Below, piece after piece: positions 28,001 to 35,949 of a DNA stretch of 60,395 nucleotides. Made by a program: the position numbers and the translations under genes. Below the pieces are notes generated by a model. It saw nothing but the letters and a program-made list of their open reading frames with translations. It was not told the DNA's origin and ran no database searches. Within the stretch, counting starts at the first letter, position 1. Every line of letters begins with the position of its first letter. Source of the stretch: a virus (Duplodnaviria; Caudoviricetes); the IMG/VR virus record IMGVR_UViG_3300032116_000204, positions 1-60,395 of that record; one strand, 5' to 3'.

Positions 28001-29080
28001 TTACACAGTGACCCGCTCCGCAACAGATGTTGCAGACGTCGCAACATGCTGCGCATGGGGGATGACGGTCCCCTGGAGCACGTTGATCGCATCACGCAGT
28101 TCACGCTGCGACAGGTGTGCGTACTTCTCAGTCACCTGGATGGAGCTGTGACCAAGGATCTTCTGCACCACGTACAGGCTGACGCCTGACTGCACCAGGC
28201 GGGTGGCGCAGGTGTGGCGCAGTGCATGGGGTACGAACTGGTCGTCATCGTCCAGCCCCATTGCAGAGCGGGCACGGTCCCAGTAGTACCGCAGGGTCTC
28301 GCGGGTCAGGTTGAAGAACACCAGGCCCCGGCTGGCAGCACACCGTCCAGACACGATGTCCCGCACCCTGGTGGTCATCGGCACTGAGCGGGGCAGGTCG
28401 CCCTTGTTCTGCCAGATGGAGATGATGTTCTCCCGCAGGTCCACGTCCTTCACCTGCAGGGCCAGCAGTTCACCGACCCTCATGCCTGTGTCGAGCAGGA
28501 CAGTGATGGCCTCGAGCACAGGGGCCTGCTTCCACTGGATCATCAGGCTGGCCAGCAGCTGCTCCTCCTCCTGCGTCAGGTACCGGATCCGGTGAGTGGG
28601 TTCCGGTTGACGGATCAGGCGTGGCTTCTTGATGCAGCCGCCCCGCTCCTCGGCATCAGTGAACATGGCCGACAGGCTGGCCAGCTTGCGGTTGATGGTG
28701 CCCGAGCTGTTGCCCTTCTTGCGCAGGTGCTTGACGAACTCATCGATGTCACCGACCTGGATGGAATCCAGGGTGCGATCACCGCCGAAGAACGACACAG
28801 CATCCCGTGCATTGCGGGCTGCCTTCACTTCGTTCTTGGTGTCCCGCCACCGCATCTCCAGCGTGGTGTCGTAGGCCTTCTTCAGGGTCCAGCTGCCAGG
28901 GTTGGCCGCGGCCTCCCGCTTGATCACTGCGCCCCGCATCTCGGCCTCGATCTGAAGCCGACCGACCACGGCCTCCTCGTGGGATTTGTACGTGGCAGTG
29001 CGGCGCTCGCCCTGCACGGTGACATCAACCAGGTAGCTGGCACCACGTTTCCTGATGCCATCTCGCGTTCTGTTACTCAT
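28001..29080 (-). CDS. int: Tyrosine integrase
   Basis: DTGMRVGEL (R), NKGD (K), HALRHT (HxxR), LGH, KY catalytic set; adjacent att. Confidence 0.95.
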   Translation of the reverse strand: MSNRTRDGIRKRGASYLVDVTVQGERRTATYKSHEEAVVGRLQIEAEMRGAVIKREAAANPGSWTLKKAYDTTLEMRWRDTKNEVKAARNARDAVSFFGGDRTLDSIQVGDIDEFVKHLRKKGNSSGTINRKLASLSAMFTDAEERGGCIKKPRLIRQPEPTHRIRYLTQEEEQLLASLMIQWKQAPVLEAITVLLDTGMRVGELLALQVKDVDLRENIISIWQNKGDLPRSVPMTTRVRDIVSGRCAASRGLVFFNLTRETLRYYWDRARSAMGLDDDDQFVPHALRHTCATRLVQSGVSLYVVQKILGHSSIQVTEKYAHLSQRELRDAINVLQGTVIPHAQHVATSATSVAERVTV

Positions 29081-29204
29081 CGCTTTGTCTCTTAGTCGTT
29101 AGCTGCCCTACTGGGAGGCGTACTTTCCAGTCACACCTTGACTGTGCGGTAACGATAGACATTATGACTCCAGGACTAGGAGACACAGGCCCGTTAGTTT
29201 ACAT

Positions 29205-29522
29205 TTACTCGTTGCGTTTGCGCCACGCAGCCAGCCATCCCAGCTTGACCAAGGCCTTGCTTGGCTCAGAGAACTCGTGCTCAAAGGTGGCCAGCCATTC
29301 CTCAAAAGCCTTGTCTCGCAGGACTTTCGGGTCCTCCTGTTCTATCGGTGGGTTGGATGGGCAGTATGTCCAGTGCGTTGATTCGCTGTACAAAGGGTGA
29401 GTCCAGGCGCTCGAGTGCCATCCAAACTTGGGGTGGAAGTACAGCACCTTGCCCTGGTCGTTCGCATCAGCGTGCTCCGGCTTGGTGCGGCGCAGGTCGT
29501 AGACGTTCTCTGGTAAATCCAT
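29205..29522 (-). CDS. Hypothetical early protein
   Basis: 105-aa ORF with ATG and a C/A-rich leader. Confidence 0.65.
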   Translation of the reverse strand: MDLPENVYDLRRTKPEHADANDQGKVLYFHPKFGWHSSAWTHPLYSESTHWTYCPSNPPIEQEDPKVLRDKAFEEWLATFEHEFSEPSKALVKLGWLAAWRKRNE

Positions 29523-29549
29523 GATGTGTGGTGGGTGATTGTTGGTGGG

Positions 29550-29789
29550 TCAGGCCTTGCCGATCACTTCAATCGACACGGCCTGGGGGTAGCGATTGCC
29601 TGCAAACTTGGCAGCCTCTCGCTTATTTGCTGCACGGATCAGCTCCTTCATCGGCTTGTTGCCGGGGAACACGACGAGCACCCGGTACAGGGGCACATCC
29701 TTGCTGGTTCGGCTGATGCCTTCACCCAGGTTGGGTGCGCTCTCCTCATTCCAGTGCAGCGTGAAGCTGCAGTCCCTGCCTCTCTTCAC
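29550..29789 (-). CDS. Hypothetical early protein
   Basis: 79-aa ORF whose start overlaps the upstream stop; YRVLV..IRAANK.EAAKFA..RYP. Confidence 0.6.
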   Translation of the reverse strand: MKRGRDCSFTLHWNEESAPNLGEGISRTSKDVPLYRVLVVFPGNKPMKELIRAANKREAAKFAGNRYPQAVSIEVIGKA

Positions 29790-29944
29790 CAGCCCTGCTC
29801 CGCATACTTCTGATGCAGGCCGGTGTACGTGCCCTTGAGCGGGTGCCCATTGGGCAGGTGCTTGCGTCCATCGAGAAAGTACAGCCGGTCAAGGCGCTCC
29901 ATGCGGGCCTCGTCTTCCTTTCTCCATTCAGGCTGGTAGGTCAT
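29786..29944 (-). CDS. Small hypothetical protein, 52 aa
   Basis: Read manually: MTYQPEWRKEDEARMERLDRLYFLDGRKHLPNGHPLKGTYTGLHQKYAEQGW; tight packing with neighbours. Confidence 0.65.
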   Translation of the reverse strand: MTYQPEWRKEDEARMERLDRLYFLDGRKHLPNGHPLKGTYTGLHQKYAEQGW

Positions 29945-29950
29945 GGGTCC

Positions 29951-30232
29951 TCAGAAGGGCGAGCCATCCTTGCGCAGCTGCTCGGAAATGAGCAGTGCAT
30001 ACCCGGCGATGTCATCCCAGTGGTCGCAGTGATTGGGGTCGCCAGCCACCACGCGTCCGATCTTGTGGAAGATCATGTCGACTGCCTCCTGCATGGAGTA
30101 GTTCAGCTCACGGCCCTGGTCCAGCATGTGCTGGTTCAACACAGCCTTCAGTTCCTGGGTGACGGTGGCGTGGATCTCGAATGCGCCGTGCGTTTTCTCA
30201 CGCTCGGCCAACACGTTCTTGATGTCAGTCAT
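29951..30232 (-). CDS. Conserved phage protein (DUF6378-like)
   Basis: LAER.KTHG.F...HKIGR...GDPNH.DHWDDIAGYA pattern. Confidence 0.7.
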   Translation of the reverse strand: MTDIKNVLAEREKTHGAFEIHATVTQELKAVLNQHMLDQGRELNYSMQEAVDMIFHKIGRVVAGDPNHCDHWDDIAGYALLISEQLRKDGSPF

Positions 30233-30519
30233 GCTGCTTCCTTGGGTGGTTGGTTGAGGAATCGTTGAGCCTGCTGCCGATCCCGCCTGCCACGTTCAGT
30301 GAGGGTGAATCCGCCACTGGATGGACGCACCAGGCTGGCCTGCTGCAGGATCTTCAGCTGTTCGTTGGTCGCATCCACGTACCAGTCCTGATCCCTGGTG
30401 AGGAACTTGGTGCGGCACTTGTCCATCAGGGCATTGCGATCAAGGGGCAGGGGATAGCTGCCGTACATGGCAGTCAGCAGCTCACTGCGCAGCACTGCCA
30501 TCGCATGCGTGTCACTCAT
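30229..30519 (-). CDS. Hypothetical protein, possible winged-helix
   Basis: Start re-called at ATG 30519; C-terminal L.QASLV......FTLTERG resembles a wHTH wing. Confidence 0.55.
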   Translation of the reverse strand: MSDTHAMAVLRSELLTAMYGSYPLPLDRNALMDKCRTKFLTRDQDWYVDATNEQLKILQQASLVRPSSGGFTLTERGRRDRQQAQRFLNQPPKEAA

Positions 30520-30760
30520 CTGCCTGCTCCTGCTTGGGGTGGTACACGCACATGCCGCTGTCCTGCTGGGCCTGCAGCTTCGTGTAGTAGTCCGCAATCT
30601 CAGCCTCCTCGTTGCCGGGTTCGGCCAACACATTGAGTGCATGCCGGGCCCAGGCCGCGGCGATCACGGCTGCCTGGTTGTTGGGCTGGACGCCGTAGCT
30701 GTCCTGCCACCAGTCTCGATACAGCTGCATCAGTTGCAGCTCACTTGGTTCGGTGTTCAT
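30512..30760 (-). CDS. Hypothetical early protein
   Basis: 82-aa ORF, ATG start, overlaps the next gene. Confidence 0.6.
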   Translation of the reverse strand: MNTEPSELQLMQLYRDWWQDSYGVQPNNQAAVIAAAWARHALNVLAEPGNEEAEIADYYTKLQAQQDSGMCVYHPKQEQADE

Positions 30761-30846
30761 AGGTAGAAGGAGGGTGAGTGATGGTCGGGCTCATCATGTG
30801 AGCCACTGCACCCAGGGACCACACGACGATGGCCCAGGTGCACAGA

Positions 30847-31026
30847 TCAGAAATGCTCTTGTTCATCGAGGTCATCAAACACGGTGCGAGCGTGGCCACA
30901 CAGCTCTCTGTCTTGCTCGGGGGTCCATCGCCGGGCCAGCTGCCGGAGGTCGGCGGCTAGGTCCGGGTGGCCAGCTGCGAACAGTCGGACTGATGCCTTG
31001 ATCAATAGGCGGTTGGGTTGCTGCAT
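30847..31026 (-). CDS. Hypothetical early protein
   Basis: MQQPNRLL..., ATG preceded by a CACCCACC leader. Confidence 0.5.
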   Translation of the reverse strand: MQQPNRLLIKASVRLFAAGHPDLAADLRQLARRWTPEQDRELCGHARTVFDDLDEQEHF

Positions 31027-31092
31027 GGTGGGTGATTGGCGGGGCCAGCATGCCGCCCCCAATGGGAGCGGCGCTGGCCTTGTTGTGTTTTG

Positions 31093-31284
31093 TCAGGTCT
31101 GCCAGCCCCACTCCTCGCCGTCGCGGATTGCTTCGGCAATGGAGAGGACGTCTAGCCTTGCCGCCTCTTCATACCAGGCGCGGTAGGCGTCCAGCTCGGG
31201 GCGGTTGCTGCATCGCAGGCAGTGGGCCGACGTGGTGTCGATCTCACCGCAGTAAAGGGAGCGGCAGAGCAGCGGGTACTGCAT
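31093..31284 (-). CDS. Small Cys-rich hypothetical protein
   Basis: 63 aa with CxxxxC...CxxC; C/A-rich leader. Confidence 0.55.
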   Translation of the reverse strand: MQYPLLCRSLYCGEIDTTSAHCLRCSNRPELDAYRAWYEEAARLDVLSIAEAIRDGEEWGWQT

Positions 31285-31310
31285 GGTTCTTTGGTTGTGG
31301 TGGGTGCGCT

Positions 31311-31357
31311 GGTGAGCCCAGCAGAGAGGGGCCGGAGCCCCTCAGTGATGGGGTCAA
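31311..31357 (-). repeat. Intergenic hairpin repeat family R2, copy 1
   Basis: 38/47 identical to 31824..31870, with compensatory pair changes. Confidence 0.8.
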
Positions 31358-31359
31358 GC

Positions 31360-31392
31360 CTCACCTACCCGCCCTGGTGGGCGGGAGCGGCG
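31360..31392 (-). repeat. Intergenic hairpin repeat family R1, copy 1
   Basis: 29/33 identical to 32306..32338. Confidence 0.8.
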
Positions 31393-31395
31393 AGG

Positions 31396-31530
31396 TCAGG
31401 GTGCAGGCCTGGCGTAGGGCTGCGTACCGGTGTGGGTCACCGGCTGGGATACCAGCTCGTGTAGAGCTGATGTCCAGAGAAAGGCTGACCCTGCAATCAG
31501 GATCAGCCCCATCAGAGAGCGGCTCAGCAT
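31396..31530 (-). CDS. Small membrane-anchored hypothetical protein, 44 aa
   Basis: MLSRSLMGLILIAGSAFLWTSAL...; start overlaps the upstream stop. Confidence 0.5.
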   Translation of the reverse strand: MLSRSLMGLILIAGSAFLWTSALHELVSQPVTHTGTQPYARPAP

Positions 31531-31796
31531 CAGATGCCCTCCTGGTAGAGCCAGTCCCGAACGTCGTTCGGGTGGGTAGCCCAGGCCTCGAGGGCAGCAG
31601 CCAGCATCGAGCACTCCAGGTAGCCGCAGGGCATGGCCCATAGGGCGCCGTCCTGCTCCAGGTTGCCGGTGAGGCTGAGGAACTTGGCGAAGGTGCTCGG
31701 CTGGCGGTTGTCTTCGTTGTCCGCCCAATCCCGCAGCCTCTCGACTGCGTAGAGGGCGTCTTCAACGGTGAGCCACTCTTGTTCTTTGGTTGTCAT
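31530..31796 (-). CDS. Hypothetical early protein
   Basis: Start re-called at MTTKEQEW (31796) after a C/A-rich leader. Confidence 0.6.
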   Translation of the reverse strand: MTTKEQEWLTVEDALYAVERLRDWADNEDNRQPSTFAKFLSLTGNLEQDGALWAMPCGYLECSMLAAALEAWATHPNDVRDWLYQEGI

Positions 31797-31823
31797 GGTG
31801 CAGATGTGGTGGGTATCGCTACC

Positions 31824-31870
31824 GGTGAGGGCAGCAGGGAAGGGCCGAAGCCCCTCCGGGATGCCGTCAA
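31824..31870 (-). repeat. Intergenic hairpin repeat family R2, copy 2
   Basis: Long imperfect stem closed by C(UUCG)G on the minus strand. Confidence 0.8.
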
Positions 31871-32133
31871 TAACCCAGCCAGGTGAGCACTGCCTCAGCG
31901 TTGTAGACCGCCTGGAAGCCGTGGGCTTCGCAGTCATCTACCCAGCTGCGCAAGGTCTCGCCGTGGCCGTGGAGGATCGCCTCCAGGTCGCCCAGGCTGT
32001 AGCGCCCGGTGCGGCCTGCCCAGCTGAGCAGTGCCGCCTTGCTGTCCTGTAGCTCCTCTGCCACCTCCGCGGGATCGGTGACCCCGTATTCAGTGAGCAG
32101 GCGGGCGGCAGGCGCCATGGTTGCGCTTGTCAT
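31867..32133 (-). CDS. Hypothetical early protein
   Basis: MTSATMAP...AEAVLTWLGY; start overlaps the upstream stop. Confidence 0.55.
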   Translation of the reverse strand: MTSATMAPAARLLTEYGVTDPAEVAEELQDSKAALLSWAGRTGRYSLGDLEAILHGHGETLRSWVDDCEAHGFQAVYNAEAVLTWLGY

Positions 32134-32285
32134 CACAGCAGCTCCAGCACAGCCACCAGGCCCAGGAGGGCGAGGAGGATGGCCTGGCGCTGCTGCAGGT
32201 CGCGGATGCGGTCGGCCTGGTAGTCGGCCAGCTCGCATGCCGCGGTGAGCACCTCCGCTTTGGAGGTGCGCTCGGTGATCTGCAT
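32133..32285 (-). CDS. Small protein with C-terminal TM helix, 50 aa
   Basis: Read manually: MQITERTSKAEVLTAACELADYQADRIRDLQQRQAILLALLGLVAVLELL. Confidence 0.6.
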   Translation of the reverse strand: MQITERTSKAEVLTAACELADYQADRIRDLQQRQAILLALLGLVAVLELL

Positions 32286-32305
32286 TTGTCTAGGTGCGGG
32301 ATCCG

Positions 32306-32338
32306 CTCACCTACCGGCACTGGCGGGCCGGAGCGGCG
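32306..32338 (-). repeat. Intergenic hairpin repeat family R1, copy 2
   Basis: CCGGC/GCCGG stem versus CCCGC/GCGGG in copy 1. Confidence 0.8.
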
Positions 32339-32339
32339 G

Positions 32340-33436
32340 CGGTGTGGTGGGTAGGCCTGGCTCTCGCCCTGCCTGCATCCACCCTAGCCACTACTGCTGG
32401 GGGCTGGGGATGGTGGGCCTGCCGGATTGTCGCAATCCGTTACATCCGGGGATGGTGCGCCCCTGTGCCCCCAGAGCCTGCCCCTGTCACCCGCCTGCGG
32501 CGCTCACCCAGGGCTCGCCTCTGTAGCCCCTCCCCGGGCCTCCTGGGCCCCTCTGGTGAGCCGGGGCGTTTCGGGGTCGATTGGGGTTGGTTTCGGTTGG
32601 GGCGGTGCACATTGCCCAGGCTCGTGGGAATGAGAACCATTCTCACGGGAGGCCTCAGGGCCCACCCCCTGCGGGGCCACCCCCTGCCCACCCCTGGGGA
32701 TCTGTAGTCCCTTGTGGTGCCAGTGGCCACGCGGGCTCCCGGGCAGGTGTTGCGGGAAGCCGTTGCAGGGGGCACCCCGCCCCCCTGCCATGAGCGCCCG
32801 GCAGGAGCCCCCATGGGGGGTGACGGCCAGCAGGGGGAGAGGCGTAAGCCCCTCACATCCGGGCACCAAAAATCGGCCCTAGTTGCCTTTGGGCTTTTTC
32901 TGGCGAAGCCCCTCACGTTTTTCCACCAAAAATTGCCCCCCCAGCCCTTCCTGCGCCGAGGCTCACCCCCCTTGTACTTAGTTGAGCTCTGTCTCTTTGG
33001 CTGTGTGGCTGTTAACTGTTGAGGTCCTGGGCCGCCAGGCCCTCTTACGACGTGGTGTGTGTGGGCTACTTAGGTGAACCCAAGTGAACCAGGTATTGGG
33101 ATATTGGGGAGAACTAAGTACCTAGGAAGGAGTAATCCTTAGTACCCATAGTTCAAGGGGGTTAGAGCCCTACGGGGGTAATCCTGTACCGCTGCAGCAG
33201 AGCTGCAGCTATTACCTAGGTGAACCTGGGTAATCCTTAGTACACCTGGGGTTCCCCTCCCCCCTGCCCCCCTCCCCGGGGGCCTGTATCTCTATTCCGC
33301 AGTACAGGTGTTCTTGTCCCTGGTGAGTGTGGATGGGGAGTGGCGGGCTACAGTTCTCGCGGTGCCTGTGGTGGGTGCCCAACGGGATTAGGGCTCTGGC
33401 CTTGGTCCCTAGACTTCGGAGACAGCAGGAGGCCTC
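32340..33436. promoter_or_regulatory. Non-coding divergent control region, probable genome-end/packaging junction
   Basis: No convincing ORF; early genes leave leftward and terminase rightward; G/C tracts, palindromes and short direct repeats. Confidence 0.6.
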
Positions 33437-33676
33437 ATGGCCCGTGACATCAACGACCAGCTGGCTGACCTGCATTCCGGCCTGGCTGAGCATCTGAAAG
33501 CCAAGCTGGATGACGGCACGATCAGCGGCAGTGAGCTCTCCGTGCTGCGGCAGTTCCTGAAGGACAACCAGGTGAGTGCTCAGCCGGTGGAGGGCACGCC
33601 GTTTGGGGACCTGGTGTCATCCCTGCCTGATTTGGAGAAGGTGGTGCACATGGCACCACGTCGTAAGTCGGCCTGA
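33437..33676 (+). CDS. terS: Terminase small subunit (gp18-like)
   Basis: LH..LA..L...L......ELSVLRQFLKDN pattern; AGGAGG RBS; upstream of terL. Confidence 0.8.
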   Translation: MARDINDQLADLHSGLAEHLKAKLDDGTISGSELSVLRQFLKDNQVSAQPVEGTPFGDLVSSLPDLEKVVHMAPRRKSA

Positions 33677-33987
33677 TGGGCTTCCCTCGTGTCACGGACC
33701 TTGGAGCTTTCACGGCAGTAGGGGCTACGACCTATGTGGTGACTGACGGCAATGCCACCACGTACCAGGTCGTCCTGACTGGTGTGACCACCAAGGTGGA
33801 CCTGCATTTTGAGGAGTCGTTGGATGCCATCAACTGGTGGACAGATGACGACTCCAAGAAGCTCAACCTGACCAATGGCGCCTACGGCCACAAGCACACC
33901 AACAGTGCAGTGCCTTTTGTGCGGGTAAGGATCCTGTCCATCGATGCCGGCGCGTCGGTGGCGGTCAAGGTCGCCCAGGACGACTGA
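33676..33987 (+). CDS. Hypothetical beta-rich protein between terS and terL
   Basis: 103-aa ORF translationally coupled at both ends (TGATG). Confidence 0.7.
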   Translation: MGFPRVTDLGAFTAVGATTYVVTDGNATTYQVVLTGVTTKVDLHFEESLDAINWWTDDDSKKLNLTNGAYGHKHTNSAVPFVRVRILSIDAGASVAVKVAQDD

Positions 33988-35720
33988 TGGCTAAGGGGGG
34001 TGCCAACTGGCAAGCACTGCCGGAGCCCTTTGCATCGGACTTCCGGTTCTTCCTGGTGGTGGTGTGGCGCCACCTACAGCTGCCGGACCCCACACCGATC
34101 CAGCTGGACATTGCGGGGTACATGCAGGAGGGCCCCAAGAGGCGGATCATCGAAGCCTTCCGGGGGGTTGGTAAGTCCTGGATGGCCGCGGCCTATGTGC
34201 TGTGGCTCCTGCGCAATGACCCGCAAAAGAAAATCATGGTGGTGTCGGCCTCCAAGACCCGGGCCGACGACTTCGCCATGTTCTGCATCCGCCTGATCCG
34301 CGAGATGCCGTTGCTGCAATGCCTGGAACCTGACCGTGAGGACCAGCGGGCTGCTGCAAACCGCTTCGATGTGCGGCCTGCATTCCCCGATCAGAGCCCA
34401 TCGGTCAAGTCCGTGGGCATCTTCGGTCAGCTGACGGGCTCCCGGGCCGACCTGATCCTCCCGGATGACGTGGAAACACCCAATACCAGCTGGACAGTCG
34501 GCATGCGGGAGAAGCTGCTGGCCGCTGTCGGTGAGTTCCAGGCCATCCTCAAGCCCGGTGGCGACATCATGTTCCTGGGCACCCCTCAAACCGAGGAGTC
34601 CCTGTACAACAAGCTGCAGCTCCGCGGCTTTACAGGCCGCATCTGGCCCGCCAGGTACCCCGAAAAGCCGGAGAAGTACGGCGAGGCCCTGGCCCCAGTG
34701 ATCCTCGAGGCTGAAAGGAGCCTGATTGGCAAGCCGACAGACCCACGTCGGTTCTCCGAGATGGACCTGTTGGAGCGTGAAACCTCCTATGGCCGCTCTG
34801 CCTTTGCCCTGCAGTTCCAACTGGACACCTCCCTGTCGGACCTGGAGCGGTTCCCGCTGCGGTTGACCGACCTGATGGTGCTCGAGGTGTCGGATCACGC
34901 CCCCGAGAAGCTGGTCTGGTCCGGTGGTGCCGAGTACCGCATCACCGACCTGCCTGCTGTCGGCTTCAGCGGTGACTTCTACCACCGTCCAGCCTTCATC
35001 CATGGCGACTGGCTTGAGTTTCAGGGCTGCGTCATGCACGTCGACCCCTCCGGCAAGGGTCAGGACGAGACCGCCTACGCCATCGTCGCCCACCTGAACG
35101 GCAACCTGTTTCTCCTCGAGTGCGGTGCCTTCAAGGACGGCTACACCGACGAGGTGCTCGAGGGCCTGGCCCAGGCCGCCAAGCGTCGCAAGGTCAACTT
35201 GATCCTCCTGGAGGACCAATTCGGCCAGGGCATGCTCGAGAACCTTCTCAAGCCCTACCTGCAGCTGCATCACCCCTGCACCATTGAGCCGGTGCGCAGC
35301 AATGTGCAGAAGGAACGCCGGATCATCAATGCCCTCGAGCCTGTAATGAACCAGCACCGGCTCATCGTCAACCGCTCTGTGGTCGAAAACGACGCCAAGG
35401 GCCGCGAGGACGATGCAATCGAGAAGCGGCTCAGCTACCAGCTGTTCCACCAGCTCACCCACATCACCGTGGACAAGGGCTGCCTCCAGCACGATGACCG
35501 TCTCGATGCCGTCGCTGGTGCTGTCGAGTACTGGAACGAGTCCCTGGCCATCGATGAGGACCGGGCGATCAAGGAACGTAAAGCTGAGCTGTGGGACCTT
35601 GAGCTGGAGGCTTTCATGGGCAACATTGAAGGTGCTCTCGATGCCCAACTGCTCGGTGTTTCTCTCACGGATCTTCCGAAAGCTGCTGCGAATGGCTCAT
35701 GGATCCCAGCACTCCATTGA
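33987..35720 (+). CDS. terL: Terminase large subunit (gp19-like)
   Basis: AFRGVGKSW Walker A, GQLTGSRADLI..DDVE, VDPSGKGQDET nuclease, HDDRLDA. Confidence 0.95.
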   Translation: MAKGGANWQALPEPFASDFRFFLVVVWRHLQLPDPTPIQLDIAGYMQEGPKRRIIEAFRGVGKSWMAAAYVLWLLRNDPQKKIMVVSASKTRADDFAMFCIRLIREMPLLQCLEPDREDQRAAANRFDVRPAFPDQSPSVKSVGIFGQLTGSRADLILPDDVETPNTSWTVGMREKLLAAVGEFQAILKPGGDIMFLGTPQTEESLYNKLQLRGFTGRIWPARYPEKPEKYGEALAPVILEAERSLIGKPTDPRRFSEMDLLERETSYGRSAFALQFQLDTSLSDLERFPLRLTDLMVLEVSDHAPEKLVWSGGAEYRITDLPAVGFSGDFYHRPAFIHGDWLEFQGCVMHVDPSGKGQDETAYAIVAHLNGNLFLLECGAFKDGYTDEVLEGLAQAAKRRKVNLILLEDQFGQGMLENLLKPYLQLHHPCTIEPVRSNVQKERRIINALEPVMNQHRLIVNRSVVENDAKGREDDAIEKRLSYQLFHQLTHITVDKGCLQHDDRLDAVAGAVEYWNESLAIDEDRAIKERKAELWDLELEAFMGNIEGALDAQLLGVSLTDLPKAAANGSWIPALH

Positions 35721-35949
35721 CCCGAAGCCCCGGGCCTGGGTGATTCGCCTGCCTGGCGTCTTTGTCGGCTACAACGGCAGCCGGATAAAAGGGTCCTTCC
35801 AGACCATCGTCATGGCAACGACCGAAGAGATGGCCTGGGACGTCGCTATCCAGCACGATGTCTGGGAACAGCTGCCATTCGACGTGGCAAATGTTCAAAT
35901 CTTCCCCAGAGACCCCGTTCCAAGCCATGGCGACCATCAAGCTGGCTGA
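35692..35949 (+). CDS. Hypothetical protein, 85 aa
   Basis: ATG at 35692; fills the terL-endolysin gap. Confidence 0.5.
   Translation: MAHGSQHSIDPKPRAWVIRLPGVFVGYNGSRIKGSFQTIVMATTEEMAWDVAIQHDVWEQLPFDVANVQIFPRDPVPSHGDHQAG

Noticed and set aside
29100-29200. T7-style 23-bp phage promoter consensus
   Set aside because: Only a weak TACCGC(T)ACAG-like similarity to about 37185 and 33187; not enough to call without a motif search
31311-33250. CRISPR or mini-array
   Set aside because: Repeats occur in only two or three copies with irregular or gene-sized spacing, and there are no cas genes
32294-33493. Several short ORFs in the control region
   Set aside because: Pro/Gly/Arg-rich, mutually overlapping on both strands, with no coupling or motifs
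34074-35648. 524-aa minus-strand ORF
   Set aside because: Antisense to terL, which has clear ATPase and nuclease motifs
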